Below, in pieces: positions 19,073 to 32,000 of a DNA stretch of 32,000 nt (position 1 is its first letter; every line of letters starts with the position of its first letter). The DNA is from Dickeya dadantii NCPPB 898 (GTDB lineage Bacteria; Pseudomonadota; Gammaproteobacteria; Enterobacterales; Enterobacteriaceae). The notes under the pieces were generated by a model that saw nothing but the letters and a program-made list of their open reading frames with translations, did no database searches and was not told where the DNA came from. Location: the NCBI RefSeq assembly GCF_000406145.1, contig NZ_CM001976.1:3834955-3866954 (forward strand). Direction: 5' to 3'. The position numbers were made by a program, and so were the translations under genes.

Positions 19073-19894
19073 ATGGAACACCGTAAAATAGCCTTTATCG
19101 GCGCGGGCAATATGGCGCAGGCAATCATCGCCGGCCTGATGGCGGGCGGCTACCCGGCCGGCCACGTCAGCGTCAGCGCGCCGTCCGCCACCCACCGGGA
19201 TGCGCTGGCCGCCCGTTATGGCGTTACCAGCCTGAGCGACAATACCGCCGGCGCCCGCGATGCCGACGTCATCGTACTGGCGGTTAAGCCGCAGCTGATG
19301 GCAAGCGTCTGCGAGGCGCTGGCGCAGCAGGTGGATTTCAGCGGCAAACTGGTGCTGTCGATCGCCGCCGGCGTCAGCGTGGCCCGTTTCCGTCAGTTAC
19401 TGGGCGATTCGCTCAACATCGTGCGCATCATGCCCAATACCCCGTCGCTGGTGGGTCAGGGCATGAGCGGCTTGTACGCGCCGGCGGAGGTCAGCGAAAC
19501 CGACCGCGCCTTTGCCGCCGACCTGATGCAGAGCGTCGGTAAGCTGTGTTGGGTCGCCGACGAAGCGCAGATTAACGGCGTGATTGCCGCCGCCGGCAGC
19601 GCTCCCGCTTACTTCTTCCTGTTTATGGAAGCCATGCAGCAGGAAGCCGTGCGTCAGGGCTTCGACGCCGATACCGCCCGGCTGCTGGTACAGCAGGCGG
19701 CCAGCGGCGCTGCGGCGCTGGTGGAAGCCAGCCCAGATACCCCGCTGTCCACATTGCGGGAAAACGTGACCTCCAAAGGCGGCACCACCGCCGAGGCGCT
19801 GCGCGTGTTCAACGAGCGCCAGTTGAGCCAGACTGTGGCCGACGCCATGCAGGCCGCCGTGCACCGGGCGAAGGAAATGGAATCGCTGTTCTGA
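19073..19894 (+). CDS. proC: Pyrroline-5-carboxylate reductase
   Basis: 273 aa. It has the N-terminal Rossmann motif IAFIGAGNMAQAII, then VKPQ, RIMPNTP, SGSAPAYFFLFMEAM and VTSKGGTTAEAL, the canonical ProC motifs. Confidence 0.95.
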   Translation: MEHRKIAFIGAGNMAQAIIAGLMAGGYPAGHVSVSAPSATHRDALAARYGVTSLSDNTAGARDADVIVLAVKPQLMASVCEALAQQVDFSGKLVLSIAAGVSVARFRQLLGDSLNIVRIMPNTPSLVGQGMSGLYAPAEVSETDRAFAADLMQSVGKLCWVADEAQINGVIAAAGSAPAYFFLFMEAMQQEAVRQGFDADTARLLVQQAASGAAALVEASPDTPLSTLRENVTSKGGTTAEALRVFNERQLSQTVADAMQAAVHRAKEMESLF

Positions 19895-19937
19895 TTGCCG
19901 TCTGAAACATGATTTTTACTGAAGGAATGACCGTCTC

Positions 19938-20492
19938 ATGCTGACCCTGACTTTTCTGGTCAAAACTCTGATTGACCTGTACGTAATGGTGTTGCTGCTG
20001 CGCATCTGGATGCAGTGGGCGCGCAGTGATTTTTATAACCCGCTGGCGCAGTTCGTGGTGAAGCTCACCCAGCCGATCATCGGGCCGCTACGCCGTATCA
20101 TCCCGTCGCTGGGGCCGATCGACAGCGCGTCGCTGCTGCTGGCGTTTCTGCTCACCACGCTGAAATACCCGTTACTGTTGCTGATTCAGGTCGGCTCGCT
20201 GTCGCTTAGCCCGATCAACCTGCTGGTGGGGCTGCTAGCGCTGGTCAAATCCGCCGGTTATCTGGTGTTCTGGATAGTGATTATCCGTTCGCTGATGAGC
20301 TGGATCAGTCAGGGCCGCAGCCCGGTGGACTACATGCTGCACCAATTGACCGAACCGATGATGGGGCCGGTGCGCCGCATTCTGCCGTCGGCCGGCGGGC
20401 TGGATTTCTCGCCGATGATAGTGATTCTGGTGCTGTACCTGCTGAACTACCTCGGCATGGATTTTTTCCCGGGGCTGTGGTTCTTGTTGTGA
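19938..20492 (+). CDS. yggT: YggT family inner membrane protein
   Basis: [67 protein letters not shown] is collinear with E. coli YggT. Confidence 0.93.
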   Translation: MLTLTFLVKTLIDLYVMVLLLRIWMQWARSDFYNPLAQFVVKLTQPIIGPLRRIIPSLGPIDSASLLLAFLLTTLKYPLLLLIQVGSLSLSPINLLVGLLALVKSAGYLVFWIVIIRSLMSWISQGRSPVDYMLHQLTEPMMGPVRRILPSAGGLDFSPMIVILVLYLLNYLGMDFFPGLWFLL

Positions 20493-20779
20493 GTGCCGTT
20501 AGCCGTTGCGAAGACGGGCTGGTGATTCGGCTGTATATTCAGCCGAAAGCCAGCCGGGATCAGATTGTCGGGTTGCATGGCGACGAGCTTAAAGTCGCCA
20601 TCACCGCGCCGCCGGTGGATGGGCAGGCCAACGCCCACCTCATCAAATTTCTTGCCAGGCAGTTTCGCGTCGCCAAAGGCATGGTGACCATCGAAAAGGG
20701 CGAGCTTGGACGTCACAAACAGATTAGAATCGTCAACCCGCAAGCCATCCCGGCCGATGTCGCGGAACTCATCTCCTGA
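20489..20779 (+). CDS. yggU: DUF167 protein YggU
   Basis: [71 protein letters not shown] matches YggU. The GTG at 20489 overlaps the yggT TGA (GTGA) and gives E. coli-like length. The tracked GTG at 20477 is an alternative start. Confidence 0.88.
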   Translation: MSAVSRCEDGLVIRLYIQPKASRDQIVGLHGDELKVAITAPPVDGQANAHLIKFLARQFRVAKGMVTIEKGELGRHKQIRIVNPQAIPADVAELIS

Positions 20780-20825
20780 GCCTATTCTCTGAACGAATAC
20801 CCTGAGCAAATTGCAGGAACAACAG

Positions 20826-21419
20826 ATGCAAAACGTGGTTTTAGCAACCGGCAATGCCGGTAAAGTGCGTGAACTCGCCGGTCTGCTGGCGGATTTCGGT
20901 CTCGACGTGGTGGCGCAAACCGCGCTGGGCGTCGACTCCGCCGAAGAAACCGGTTTGACCTTTATCGAAAACGCCATTCTGAAAGCGCGCCATGCCGCGC
21001 GTGAAACCGGCCTGCCCGCCATCGCCGACGACTCGGGTCTGGCGGTGAACGCGCTGGGCGGCGCGCCGGGAATCTATTCCGCCCGTTACGCCGGGGAAGA
21101 CGCCAGCGACCGGCAGAATCTGGACAAGCTGCTGGCGGCGCTGGACAACGTGCCGGACGAGCAGCGTCAGGCCAGCTTCCATTGCGTACTGGTGTATCTA
21201 CGCCACGCCGACGACCCGACGCCGCTGGTGTGCCACGGCAGCTGGCAGGGCGTCATCGCCCGCACGCCTGTCGGCGCAGGCGGCTTCGGCTACGACCCGG
21301 TGTTTTTTGTGCCGTCGATCGGCAAAACCGCCGCCGAACTAAGCCGCGAAGAGAAAAACGCCCTCTCCCACCGCGGTCAGGCGCTGCGTCAGTTGCTGGA
21401 TGCCCTGCGACATGCTTAA
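20826..21419 (+). CDS. rdgB: dITP/XTP pyrophosphatase RdgB
   Basis: The ATG at 20826 gives [32 protein letters not shown]...[10 protein letters not shown]...SHRGQAL, 197 aa as in E. coli RdgB. The tracked TTG at 20811 is less likely. Confidence 0.95.
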   Translation: MQNVVLATGNAGKVRELAGLLADFGLDVVAQTALGVDSAEETGLTFIENAILKARHAARETGLPAIADDSGLAVNALGGAPGIYSARYAGEDASDRQNLDKLLAALDNVPDEQRQASFHCVLVYLRHADDPTPLVCHGSWQGVIARTPVGAGGFGYDPVFFVPSIGKTAAELSREEKNALSHRGQALRQLLDALRHA

Positions 21420-22551
21420 TCTGCCGCCGCTCAGCCTGTACATCCACATTCCCTGGTGCGTGCAGAAGTGCCCGTATTGCGACTTCAACTCCCACGCGCT
21501 GAAATGCGAAGTACCGCACGACGACTACGTGGCGCACCTGCTGGCGGATCTGGACGCCGACCTGCCGCTGGCGGGCGGGCGGCCGTTGCACAGCATTTTT
21601 ATCGGCGGCGGCACGCCGAGCCTGCTCAGCGCCGAGGCGATGCAACAGCTGCTGGATGGCGTACGGGCGCGATTGTCCTTGCCGGCCGAGGCGGAAATCA
21701 CCATGGAAGCCAACCCCGGCACGGTGGAAGCCGACCGGTTCAGCGGCTACCAGCGGGCGGGCATTAACCGGATTTCCATCGGCGTGCAGAGTTTCAGCCC
21801 GGATAAGCTGACGCGGCTGGGCCGCATCCACGGCCCGGAAGAGGCCAAACGCGCCGCCCGGCTGGCCGCCGGCCTGGGGTTGCGCAGTTTTAATCTGGAC
21901 CTGATGCACGGGCTGCCGGAGCAGTCGCTGGACGAGGCGCTGGACGACCTGCGTCAGGCCATCGCGCTCAACCCGCCGCACCTGTCCTGGTATCAGTTGA
22001 CCATCGAGCCGAATACGCTGTTTGGTTCGCGTCCGCCGGTGCTGCCGGACGACGACGCGCTGTGGGACATTTACGAGCAGGGTCACCGTTTGCTGAGCGA
22101 CGCCGGGTATCAGCAGTATGAAACCTCGGCCTACGCCAAACCGGGTTACCCGTGCCAGCACAACCTCAATTACTGGCGCTTCGGCGATTACCTGGGCATC
22201 GGCTGCGGCGCGCACGGCAAAATCACCTTCGCCGACGGCCGTATTCTGCGCACGGTAAAAACCCGCCACCCGCGCGGTTATATGCAAGGCAACTACCTGC
22301 AGCAGCGCAGCGAGGTAGCGCTGGCCGACCGACCGTTCGAGTTCTTTATGAACCGTTTCCGGCTGCTGGAGCCGGCGCCGCGCGCCGATTTCACCGCCTA
22401 TACCGGGTTGCCGGAAAGCGTAATCCGTCCGCACATCGACGCCGCGCTGGCGCAAGGCTATCTGACCGAAACCGGGCAGCACTGGCAGGTGACCGAGCAC
22501 GGCAAACTGTTTCTCAACTCGTTGCTGGAGCTGTTTCTGGCGGAGGAGTGA
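21412..22551 (+). CDS. hemW: Radical SAM heme chaperone HemW (YggW)
   Basis: The ATG at 21412 gives [30 protein letters not shown]... (CxxxCxxC radical SAM motif), collinear with E. coli HemW. It overlaps the rdgB stop by 8 nt. Confidence 0.95.
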   Translation: MLNLPPLSLYIHIPWCVQKCPYCDFNSHALKCEVPHDDYVAHLLADLDADLPLAGGRPLHSIFIGGGTPSLLSAEAMQQLLDGVRARLSLPAEAEITMEANPGTVEADRFSGYQRAGINRISIGVQSFSPDKLTRLGRIHGPEEAKRAARLAAGLGLRSFNLDLMHGLPEQSLDEALDDLRQAIALNPPHLSWYQLTIEPNTLFGSRPPVLPDDDALWDIYEQGHRLLSDAGYQQYETSAYAKPGYPCQHNLNYWRFGDYLGIGCGAHGKITFADGRILRTVKTRHPRGYMQGNYLQQRSEVALADRPFEFFMNRFRLLEPAPRADFTAYTGLPESVIRPHIDAALAQGYLTETGQHWQVTEHGKLFLNSLLELFLAEE

Positions 22552-22675
22552 GTAGCGAGAAGATGCGGCCACAGCACAAAAATCTGGCTTAACAGACTGA
22601 CAACACGTTGAATTCCTACATGGGATTATGACAAAGTGAAGGCGGGATTTGCCCCGCTATAAAAGGTAAACCACC

Positions 22676-22804
22676 ATGAAAACCCTTATTTTACTGGTCG
22701 CAACCCTGTTCATGGCGACCGCGTTGAGCGGCTGCAACACCGCTCGCGGATTTGGTCAGGACGTGCAAAAACTCGGCAGTTCCATCTCCCATACCGCCAG
22801 TTGA
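22676..22804 (+). CDS. ecnA: Entericidin A/B family small lipoprotein (42 aa; not in the supplied ORF track)
   Basis: My own translation is MKTLILLVATLFMATALSGCNTARGFGQDVQKLGSSISHTAS*. It has the lipobox LSGC. GCNTARGFG.D...LG.SIS..AS closely matches E. coli EcnA. Confidence 0.85.
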   Translation: MKTLILLVATLFMATALSGCNTARGFGQDVQKLGSSISHTAS

Positions 22805-22809
22805 CCGGC

Positions 22810-22837
22810 GCCCCGCTTGCCGCGCAGGCAGCGGGGC
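22810..22837. terminator. GC-rich hairpin between the convergent ecnA-like gene and elaA
   Basis: GCCCCGCTTGCC / GGCAGCGGGGC forms an 11-bp stem with one bulged T and a 5-nt loop. It starts 6 nt after the ecnA-like stop and ends 20 nt before the elaA stop. No strong U-tract on either strand. Confidence 0.45.
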
Positions 22838-22856
22838 CACCGTTTCAGAACAGCCA

Positions 22857-23312
22857 TTACCCCGCCGTTCGCATCGGCACGTGAGGAATACCGTCCTCGT
22901 CGTAGCCATCGCCACACACCACAAATCCAAATTGCTGGTAGAAATGCTGCAAATGCGCCTGCGCGGACAGGTATTGCGCCCGTCCCGGCCAGTGGCGCGC
23001 GCAGGCGGCCTGCGAATGCATCAATAACTGATGCCCGAACTGTTGACCGCGCGCCTCGGGGGCGACCACCACCCGGCCAATGGTCACCGCGTCCTGCCCG
23101 TCATGGGGCGCCAGTAGCCGCGCGCAGGCAATCAACCTGCCGTTTTGCCAGGCGGTCACATGACGGTTGTCGTCCACCAGATCCAGACCGTCCGCGTCCT
23201 GATAGGCGCACTGCTGCTCGACCACAAATACCTGACTGCGCAGGCGCAGAATGTCGTACAGCGCGTAAGGGTTCAGGTCTTTCACCCCCCAGTCATGCCA
23301 AATCAGACTCAT
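22857..23312 (-). CDS. elaA: GNAT family N-acetyltransferase ElaA
   Basis: LYDILRLRSQVFVVEQQCAYQDADGLDL..DNRHV...IGRVVVAPEARGQQFGHQLL...YLSAQAHLQHFYQQFGF...YDEDGIPHVPM is collinear with E. coli ElaA. A GGGAGGGGGG SD sits directly after the lplT stop. Confidence 0.88.
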   Translation of the reverse strand: MSLIWHDWGVKDLNPYALYDILRLRSQVFVVEQQCAYQDADGLDLVDDNRHVTAWQNGRLIACARLLAPHDGQDAVTIGRVVVAPEARGQQFGHQLLMHSQAACARHWPGRAQYLSAQAHLQHFYQQFGFVVCGDGYDEDGIPHVPMRTAG

Positions 23313-23323
23313 CCCCCCTCCCG

Positions 23324-24571
23324 TTATTCACTTTCATCAGAGGTCTGCGTGACCACCGTCTCCGGCCGACGCCGCCACTGGGTGACCTGCACCCAGACCC
23401 ACAGCCCGGCAATGGCGAGCGCGAACAGCACGCCGAAGCCGACGCCGATCGCCAGCACCGGCACACCGACCTTCACCGCCAGCGAGTAGAGCGCCAGCAT
23501 CAACAGCATGGCGCCGTTTTCGCCCAGGTTCTGCACCGCAATGGCGTTGCCCGCCCCGACGCTTTCCCGGCCGCGCTCCTGCAACAGCGCATTGAGCGGC
23601 ACGATGAAGAAGCCGCCCAGCGCCCCCAGCACCAGCAGGCAGGCGTACGCACTAATCAGGCTGTGTTGCAGGGTGAACACCACCACCATCACGCCGATCA
23701 ACACCCCGGCGGGCAGGCAGCGCCGCACGGTTTTCAGCGTCACCAGCTTACCGGCCGCCGCCGCGCCGACCACGATCCCCACCGCCACCATCGCGTTGAG
23801 CAGCGTCGGCGTCGAATTGTCGTTGATGCCCAGCGCCAGCGGCACCCACAGCACCAGCAGGAAACGCAGCGTCACGCCCGCGCCCCAGAACATGCCGGTG
23901 CCGACCAGCGAAAACCGGGTTTCGCCGTTGCGCCACAGCACGCGGCAGGCGTCAAAGAACGAGCGGGTCATGTGCGCCGGGCGCCAGGACGCGCCGGGGC
24001 GAGCGGGCGCCAGTTTCGGAATCAGCAGGTTGGCGGCCAGCGCGATGCCGTAGGCCAGCGCACACGCCGCCAGCGCGCCGTAGATATGCCAGTCGGCCAA
24101 GACGCCGCCCACCACCGAGCCGGTGAGAATGGCGGCGATGGTGGAGGCTTCCATCAGGCCGTTGGCTTTCACCAGCTGATCGCCGCGGGTGATTTCCCCC
24201 AGAATGCCGTACTTGGCCGGGGAATAGGCCGCCGCGCCCAGCCCCACCAGCGTGTAACCCAGAAACGGATTGCCGCCCAGGCAGATCAACAACGCGCCGG
24301 CCAGCTTCAGGGCGTTGGCGAACATCATCACCCGCCCTTTGGCGAAACTGTCGGCGAATTGGCCGACAAACGGCGCCAGCACGATATAGGCGGCGACGAA
24401 TCCCATCTGCAGGAAGGGCTGGCTCCAGTCGGGATACGCCAGCGATTTCACCAGCGCCAGCGTGGCGAACAGCAGCGCGTTATCGCCGAAAGCGGAGAAA
24501 AACTGCGCCACCATCACCGCGTTCATACCACGGGAAAACAGCGACGACGAGGGAGAAGTCTGGTTACTCAT
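23324..24571 (-). CDS. lplT: Lysophospholipid transporter LplT (MFS)
   Basis: [76 protein letters not shown] is near-collinear with E. coli LplT. Its ATG overlaps the aas TGA (ATGA). Confidence 0.95.
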   Translation of the reverse strand: MSNQTSPSSSLFSRGMNAVMVAQFFSAFGDNALLFATLALVKSLAYPDWSQPFLQMGFVAAYIVLAPFVGQFADSFAKGRVMMFANALKLAGALLICLGGNPFLGYTLVGLGAAAYSPAKYGILGEITRGDQLVKANGLMEASTIAAILTGSVVGGVLADWHIYGALAACALAYGIALAANLLIPKLAPARPGASWRPAHMTRSFFDACRVLWRNGETRFSLVGTGMFWGAGVTLRFLLVLWVPLALGINDNSTPTLLNAMVAVGIVVGAAAAGKLVTLKTVRRCLPAGVLIGVMVVVFTLQHSLISAYACLLVLGALGGFFIVPLNALLQERGRESVGAGNAIAVQNLGENGAMLLMLALYSLAVKVGVPVLAIGVGFGVLFALAIAGLWVWVQVTQWRRRPETVVTQTSDESE

Positions 24572-26766
24572 GCATCATGCTCCGGTTGCGCATCCGACAC
24601 ATCGTCCGCCCCGTCAGCGGGCTGCTCCGCCAGTTGGCGCAGCGTGACGAAGTCCGGTTTGCCGCTGCCCAGCAACGGCAGCTCTTTCAGGTAACGGATA
24701 TCACGCGGCACCGCCAGTTCCGGCATGCCACTCTGGCGCGCCTGCGTCAGCAGGCTGTCGCGGGTAAGACCGGCATCGGTGGTAAACAACACCAGCGCCT
24801 CGCCTTTGCTGCTGTCGCTGCGGGCGCTGGCGGCGTGCTGCGTCTGCGGCGATACCTGATTCGCCAGTTGCTCCACGCTCTCCAGCGACACCATTTCCCC
24901 GGCCAGCTTGGCGAAGCGCTTAACGCGGCCGACGATGGTACAAAAGCCCTGCGCGTCCAGGTCGACGATATCGCCGGTGTCGTACCAGTTCGCTTCACGC
25001 TGCCCCAGCTCGTTTTCCGCCGCCGGCAATTCCAGCTCGCCGGGGTTTTCCACCCGCAGGTAGCCTTTCATCACGTTCGGCCCGCGCAGTTGCAGACGGC
25101 CGCCGTGATGGATGCCCGGCACCGGGATCAACCGCGACTCGATGCCCGGCAATAGCCGGCCGACGGAGTGCAGTTTGCAGGCCATCGGCACGTTGATCGC
25201 CACCACCGGCGCGCACTCGGTCACGCCGTAGCCTTCCAGAATGCGGATACCGAATTTGTCCTGCCACACGGTTCGCACCCGTTCGGACAATTTTTCCGCC
25301 CCGGCTACCACGTAGCGCAGGCGGGCGAAATCGTACGGGTGGGCGAAGCGCGCATAGTGCCCGAGGAAGGTGGAGGTGCCGAACAGCACCGTGCAGTTGC
25401 GGTCATACACCAGCTCCGGCACGATGCGGTAATGCAGCGGGCTCGGGTAGAGGAACACCCGCGCGCCGGTCATCAACGGCGTCAGCAGCCCCACCGTCAG
25501 CCCGAAAGCGTGGAACAGCGGCAGCGCCGACATGAAACGGTCGCGCGGCGTGAAATCGGCCACGGTGCGAATCTGCTCCACGTTGGCCGTCAGGCTATTG
25601 TGGGTATGCACTACCCCTTTCGGGTTGCCTTCCGAGCCGGAGGTAAACAGGACGATCGCCGCGTCGTCCGACTGTTGCGGGCGCATAGCGCGCAGCGGGA
25701 ACAGCAGGTGGAACAGGATCCACAGTTTGTCCGACAGCGTGACGGTGTCCTTCAAATCTTCCAGATAGACCCAGTTAGCCTCTTTCACCTGCTGCGGCAA
25801 GTGGGTTAGCTTGCCTTTCTCCAGAAACTGCCGTGAGGTGACGATGGTTTTGATCCGCGCCGCGCTCATCGCGCTCTGAATCCCTTTCGCCCCGGCGGTG
25901 TAGTTCAGCATCGCCGGCACCCGGCTGCCGAGCGACGCGCCGAGAATCGCGGCGGCGGTGACGGTGGCGTTGGGCAGCAGCAACCCGACATGTTCGCGCT
26001 CGCCGGTAAAGCGCTGAAGAATACGCGACACCCCCAGCGATTTTTTCAGCAGGCCGTGGTAGCTGTCTTCCTTCAGGTTGATGTCTTCAATGCAGGGCGA
26101 GTGGTAGCCATAACGGCCGCAGGCGGCCAGAAACGCCTGATACAAGGTGTGACGCGGGCGCACCGCCATGCGCGCGTCCATCATGATGCGGTGCAGCGCT
26201 TCCCCCGCCAGTTCGCGGCGCTCACGCGCCGAAGGCGCCACCGGCATCGGTAATTTGGCCGGCGGCAAAAAGTGCAGGGAGATCTGCGGAAACAGGCGAC
26301 GGCGCAACACCCCGCCCAGACGGCCGAAATGGGTGAACTCCGGTCCTTCGATGCGTACCGGCACCACGGTGGCGCCTGAACGAGCGGCCACGAACGCCGC
26401 GCCGCCGTAGATTTTCATCAGCGAGCCGGTGACGGTAATACGCCCTTCCGGGAACACCACCACCGGACGCCCCTGCTCTACCAGCCGGATCAACTGCTTG
26501 ATAGCCAGCGGCTTGCTCGGGTCCAGCGGCAAAAAATCGATGTACGGTTTCAGCCAGCGCATGAACCAACGATCGGTGATGCTGGAATAAACGGCGAACA
26601 CCGGCTTGCTTTGCACCGGCAGAAACAGCGCCATCAACACGCCATCAAGGAATGAAACGTGGTTTGGGGTAATCAATATCTTTGACTGCCGGAAACCGCT
26701 TTCATCACCCGTGATCTGAATACGATACAGTTGCTTCAGCGCCCAGCGTAAAAAGGTATAAATCAT
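24568..26766 (-). CDS. aas: Bifunctional 2-acylglycerophosphoethanolamine acyltransferase / acyl-ACP synthetase Aas
   Basis: 732 aa. The N-terminal acyltransferase has [11 protein letters not shown] and VVFPEGRIT. The C-terminal adenylate-forming domain has [20 protein letters not shown], and WYDTGDIV. It is collinear with E. coli Aas and has a GGGAGGTGGG SD. Confidence 0.96.
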   Translation of the reverse strand: MIYTFLRWALKQLYRIQITGDESGFRQSKILITPNHVSFLDGVLMALFLPVQSKPVFAVYSSITDRWFMRWLKPYIDFLPLDPSKPLAIKQLIRLVEQGRPVVVFPEGRITVTGSLMKIYGGAAFVAARSGATVVPVRIEGPEFTHFGRLGGVLRRRLFPQISLHFLPPAKLPMPVAPSARERRELAGEALHRIMMDARMAVRPRHTLYQAFLAACGRYGYHSPCIEDINLKEDSYHGLLKKSLGVSRILQRFTGEREHVGLLLPNATVTAAAILGASLGSRVPAMLNYTAGAKGIQSAMSAARIKTIVTSRQFLEKGKLTHLPQQVKEANWVYLEDLKDTVTLSDKLWILFHLLFPLRAMRPQQSDDAAIVLFTSGSEGNPKGVVHTHNSLTANVEQIRTVADFTPRDRFMSALPLFHAFGLTVGLLTPLMTGARVFLYPSPLHYRIVPELVYDRNCTVLFGTSTFLGHYARFAHPYDFARLRYVVAGAEKLSERVRTVWQDKFGIRILEGYGVTECAPVVAINVPMACKLHSVGRLLPGIESRLIPVPGIHHGGRLQLRGPNVMKGYLRVENPGELELPAAENELGQREANWYDTGDIVDLDAQGFCTIVGRVKRFAKLAGEMVSLESVEQLANQVSPQTQHAASARSDSSKGEALVLFTTDAGLTRDSLLTQARQSGMPELAVPRDIRYLKELPLLGSGKPDFVTLRQLAEQPADGADDVSDAQPEHDA

Positions 26767-27027
26767 CCCACCTCCCTATGTGTAAACAGTGACCCTGTCC
26801 GGTGTGGACCCGCTCGCCGCCGATGGTTCATGCCCGAACGTTCTCTCAGGCATTCACTCTCGCCGCCGCCATAACTGCGCCCCGGGATAGCGCGCGCACC
26901 GCGGCGCGGCTCCCCGTCAACGGGTTCACCATACCATAAACCACACCAACATTAGCGATGAAAACACCGCCGTAACAAGCGGTGACGGGGAGTAAAAAAA
27001 CATCCGGAAATCATTGTTCTGTGGTGC

Positions 27028-27057
27028 AGAAAGGCAGGGCGGGTAATGGCCCCGCCC
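27028..27057 (-). terminator. Likely terminator of the PTS-GH1-GH1 operon
   Basis: On the minus strand, GGGCGGG-GCCAUUA-CCCGCCC forms a 7-bp GC stem (27037-27057). TGCCTTTCTGC follows. It starts about 10 nt after the stop of the last GH1 gene. Confidence 0.5.
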
Positions 27058-27067
27058 GGGGAGGAGA

Positions 27068-30025
<2,958 letters not shown>

Positions 30026-31924
30026 TCAGGCCGCCGCAGCGGTCAGTTTCATCAAGGCGTCGCGCGAGTGGACGTCGCCGTTCAGCAACGGGCGCACCTC
30101 GCCATAACATTCGGTATTGGTGACAATGACGATCACGCTGGGGTCGATGCCTTCCGCCAGCAGCGCCGGCAGGTCGAAACTCACCAGCGGTTCGCCGACT
30201 TCCACCATCTGCCCAGGCTGGGCGCGACGGATAAAGTGGCGGCCGCCGAGCTTGACGGTGTCGATGCCGATGTGGATCAGCACCTCGGCGCCGGTGTCGC
30301 TTTTGAGCGTCAGCGCGTGATGAGTGTCGAATATCGACTCGATGCGTCCATTAACCGGCGACAGCAGTTCGCCGCTTTCCGGGTAGATGGCGATCCCCTT
30401 GCCGAACACTTCCCCAGCGAACACCGGGTCGCTGAGGCTCTCCAGCGACACCACCCGCCCAGCTACCGGCGCGAACAGCTTTTCGTTATGGAACAGCTTT
30501 TCGTTATGGCCGCTCAGCGCCACCGGCGCGGCCGGCATCACCGTCTGCCCGTCGCGGGGAATGGCGGCTTTTTCCGGGTGCTCCTCAAACCCGAGCACGC
30601 AGGTCATCACCGTTGCCGTGGTGAAGGAAATCGCCATGCTGGCCAGCGCGTACAGAAAGGTCGGCCCTACCAGAGCGGGCAGCCCCGGCAGCCCGCTCAG
30701 GGCAAAAGCGTAGGTTTTCACGCCGAAGAACATGGCGAACGCGCCGCCGCAGGCGCCGCCAATCAACGCGGCGGCGAACGGACGTTTGAAACGGATATTG
30801 ACGCCGTACATCGCCGGTTCGGTGATGCCCATCGTGGCGGTCAGGCTGGTGGACAACGCCAGCGATTTGGTTTTCTTGTCACGGGCGCGCAGGAACACGC
30901 CGAACGCCGCCCCCGCCTGCCCCATGTTGGCGATGTAGAAGATGATCTTGAACGGATCGAACCCCATCTTGCTGATGTTGTTGATCATGATCGGAATCAG
31001 CACATAGTGCATACCAGTGATGATGATCATCGACAGCGTGCCGCCCAGAATCAGCCCGGCGAGAATGCCCATGTTATCCACCAGCCAGACGATGCCGGTA
31101 GAGAGGTGGTTGCCGACGAGGATGCCGAGCGGACCGATGGCGATCAACATGACTGGCGCGACGATCAACAGCGTCAGCAGCGGCACGAACATGGTTTTCA
31201 GCGCGCCGGGCATGATGCGGTCGATACGGCGCTCCACCCAGGACATCAGCCACACCGCCAGCAGAATCGGGATCACCGACGAGGCGTAGGACACCGGCGA
31301 CACCGGCAGCCCGAGAAAGGTAATCTCGCCGCCGCCTTGAAACAGCTTCATCAGGGTGGGATGCAGCAGCGTGGCCGCCAGCGCCACCGCCACATACGGA
31401 TTACAGCCAAACTTGTGGGCGGCGCTGAACGCCAGCACCAGCGGCATGAAGTAAAAAATGCCGTCGCTGATGGCGGACAGGATCAGGTAGGTCTGGTTGG
31501 TGTTGGATACCCACTGCAACGCCACCAGTAACGACAGGATCCCTTTGAGGATACCGGCGCCGGCGATGGCCGGGATCACCGGCGAGAAGATACTGGAAAA
31601 CGCCTCCAGCAGCGCCGAGACAGGGTGGCGCGGCCGCCCGGTTTCCGGGGCGTCGGCGGTCTGGCTCGCCAACCGCGGATACTGCCGTATCAACGCCCGG
31701 TAGACATCCGCCACTTCGTTGCCGATGATCACCTGAAACTGTTCGCCGGCGACATTAATACCAATTACCCCGTCTAATGCTTCCAACTGGGCGCGATCGA
31801 TACGTTGCGCTTCATGCAAATAAAAACGCAGGCGGGTAATACAATGAAAAACCTGTCGGATATTTCCATCTCCGCCGACAAGCGCCACAATTTTCTTTGC
31901 AGTCTCCTGATAATTAACTGACAT
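30026..31924 (-). CDS. PTS beta-glucoside-specific EIIBCA component (BglF/ArbF-like)
   Basis: The N-terminal EIIB has the phospho-Cys context VFHCITRLRF. A multi-TM EIIC core follows. The C-terminal EIIA has THHALTLKSD...LIHIGIDTVKLGG. An AAGAGGA SD precedes the ATG. Confidence 0.94.
   Translation of the reverse strand: MSVNYQETAKKIVALVGGDGNIRQVFHCITRLRFYLHEAQRIDRAQLEALDGVIGINVAGEQFQVIIGNEVADVYRALIRQYPRLASQTADAPETGRPRHPVSALLEAFSSIFSPVIPAIAGAGILKGILSLLVALQWVSNTNQTYLILSAISDGIFYFMPLVLAFSAAHKFGCNPYVAVALAATLLHPTLMKLFQGGGEITFLGLPVSPVSYASSVIPILLAVWLMSWVERRIDRIMPGALKTMFVPLLTLLIVAPVMLIAIGPLGILVGNHLSTGIVWLVDNMGILAGLILGGTLSMIIITGMHYVLIPIMINNISKMGFDPFKIIFYIANMGQAGAAFGVFLRARDKKTKSLALSTSLTATMGITEPAMYGVNIRFKRPFAAALIGGACGGAFAMFFGVKTYAFALSGLPGLPALVGPTFLYALASMAISFTTATVMTCVLGFEEHPEKAAIPRDGQTVMPAAPVALSGHNEKLFHNEKLFAPVAGRVVSLESLSDPVFAGEVFGKGIAIYPESGELLSPVNGRIESIFDTHHALTLKSDTGAEVLIHIGIDTVKLGGRHFIRRAQPGQMVEVGEPLVSFDLPALLAEGIDPSVIVIVTNTECYGEVRPLLNGDVHSRDALMKLTAAAA
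30473..30508. repeat. Perfect in-frame 18-bp tandem duplication inside the PTS gene (encodes HNEKLF-HNEKLF in the EIIC-EIIA linker)
   Basis: GAACAGCTTTTCGTTATG occurs at 30473-30490 and again at 30491-30508. Its reverse complement CATAACGAAAAGCTGTTC encodes HNEKLF, which appears twice in the translated ORF. Confidence 0.95.
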
Positions 31925-32000
31925 GGCAATTCCTCTTTCCAGAAAGAAATCTTACGATTTCCGCAACAACCGCCCGGTATTTACCGTAGCGCCTTGTTCC

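Noticed and set aside
26767-27027. 260-bp GC-rich noncoding stretch upstream of aas, with several short palindromes (e.g. CACCGC-N8-GCGGTG, CCGCGG)
   Set aside because: There is no ORF with an RBS and no canonical promoter or terminator geometry. It is probably the aas promoter/5' region, but I cannot define elements by eye.
31925-32000. BglG-type RAT/terminator in the leader of the PTS operon
   Set aside because: Only 76 nt of leader are in the window. I see just a weak AT-rich hairpin (GAAATC-GTAA-GATTTC followed by TTTCT) and no convincing match to the RAT consensus. The element probably lies partly beyond the window edge.

Overview
This window looks like chromosomal DNA from a high-GC enterobacterium. 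Gene content, the many MCPs and a beta-glucoside PTS operon suggest Pectobacteriaceae, perhaps Dickeya, but that is inference only. It contains two conserved housekeeping blocks. The left block (395-11704) follows E. coli order: fklB, ytfB, a DUF488 gene, the rpsF-priB-rpsR-rplI operon, yjfP, an MCP, a bsmA-like gene, rlmB, rnr and nsrR. The right block (17270-22551) is yggR/pilT, yggS, proC, yggT, yggU, rdgB and hemW. After it come an untracked ecnA-like small lipoprotein gene, a tightly packed aas-lplT-elaA operon, and a PTS(BglF-like)-GH1-GH1 beta-glucoside operon. Between the two blocks (about 11705-17269) lies accessory cargo: a second MCP, a short PucR-family regulator coupled to codA and preceded by a 13/14-bp tandem repeat array, and a lower-GC islet. 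The islet holds a class-I-like Fic AMPylase gene with a canonical HPFREGNGRISR motif and no internal inhibitory motif. A convergent 63-aa ORF overlaps its 3' end by 22 bp and carries an S-x-x-x-E motif like that of Fic antitoxins. This is the most interesting candidate in the window. Other notable points are a 7x19-bp tandem array beside the fklB terminator, a near-consensus sigma-28 promoter upstream of the first MCP, and a perfect in-frame 18-bp duplication in the PTS linker. The many long ORFs antisense to real genes are GC-driven shadow ORFs. No rRNA or tRNA genes, CRISPR arrays or transposases were recognised.
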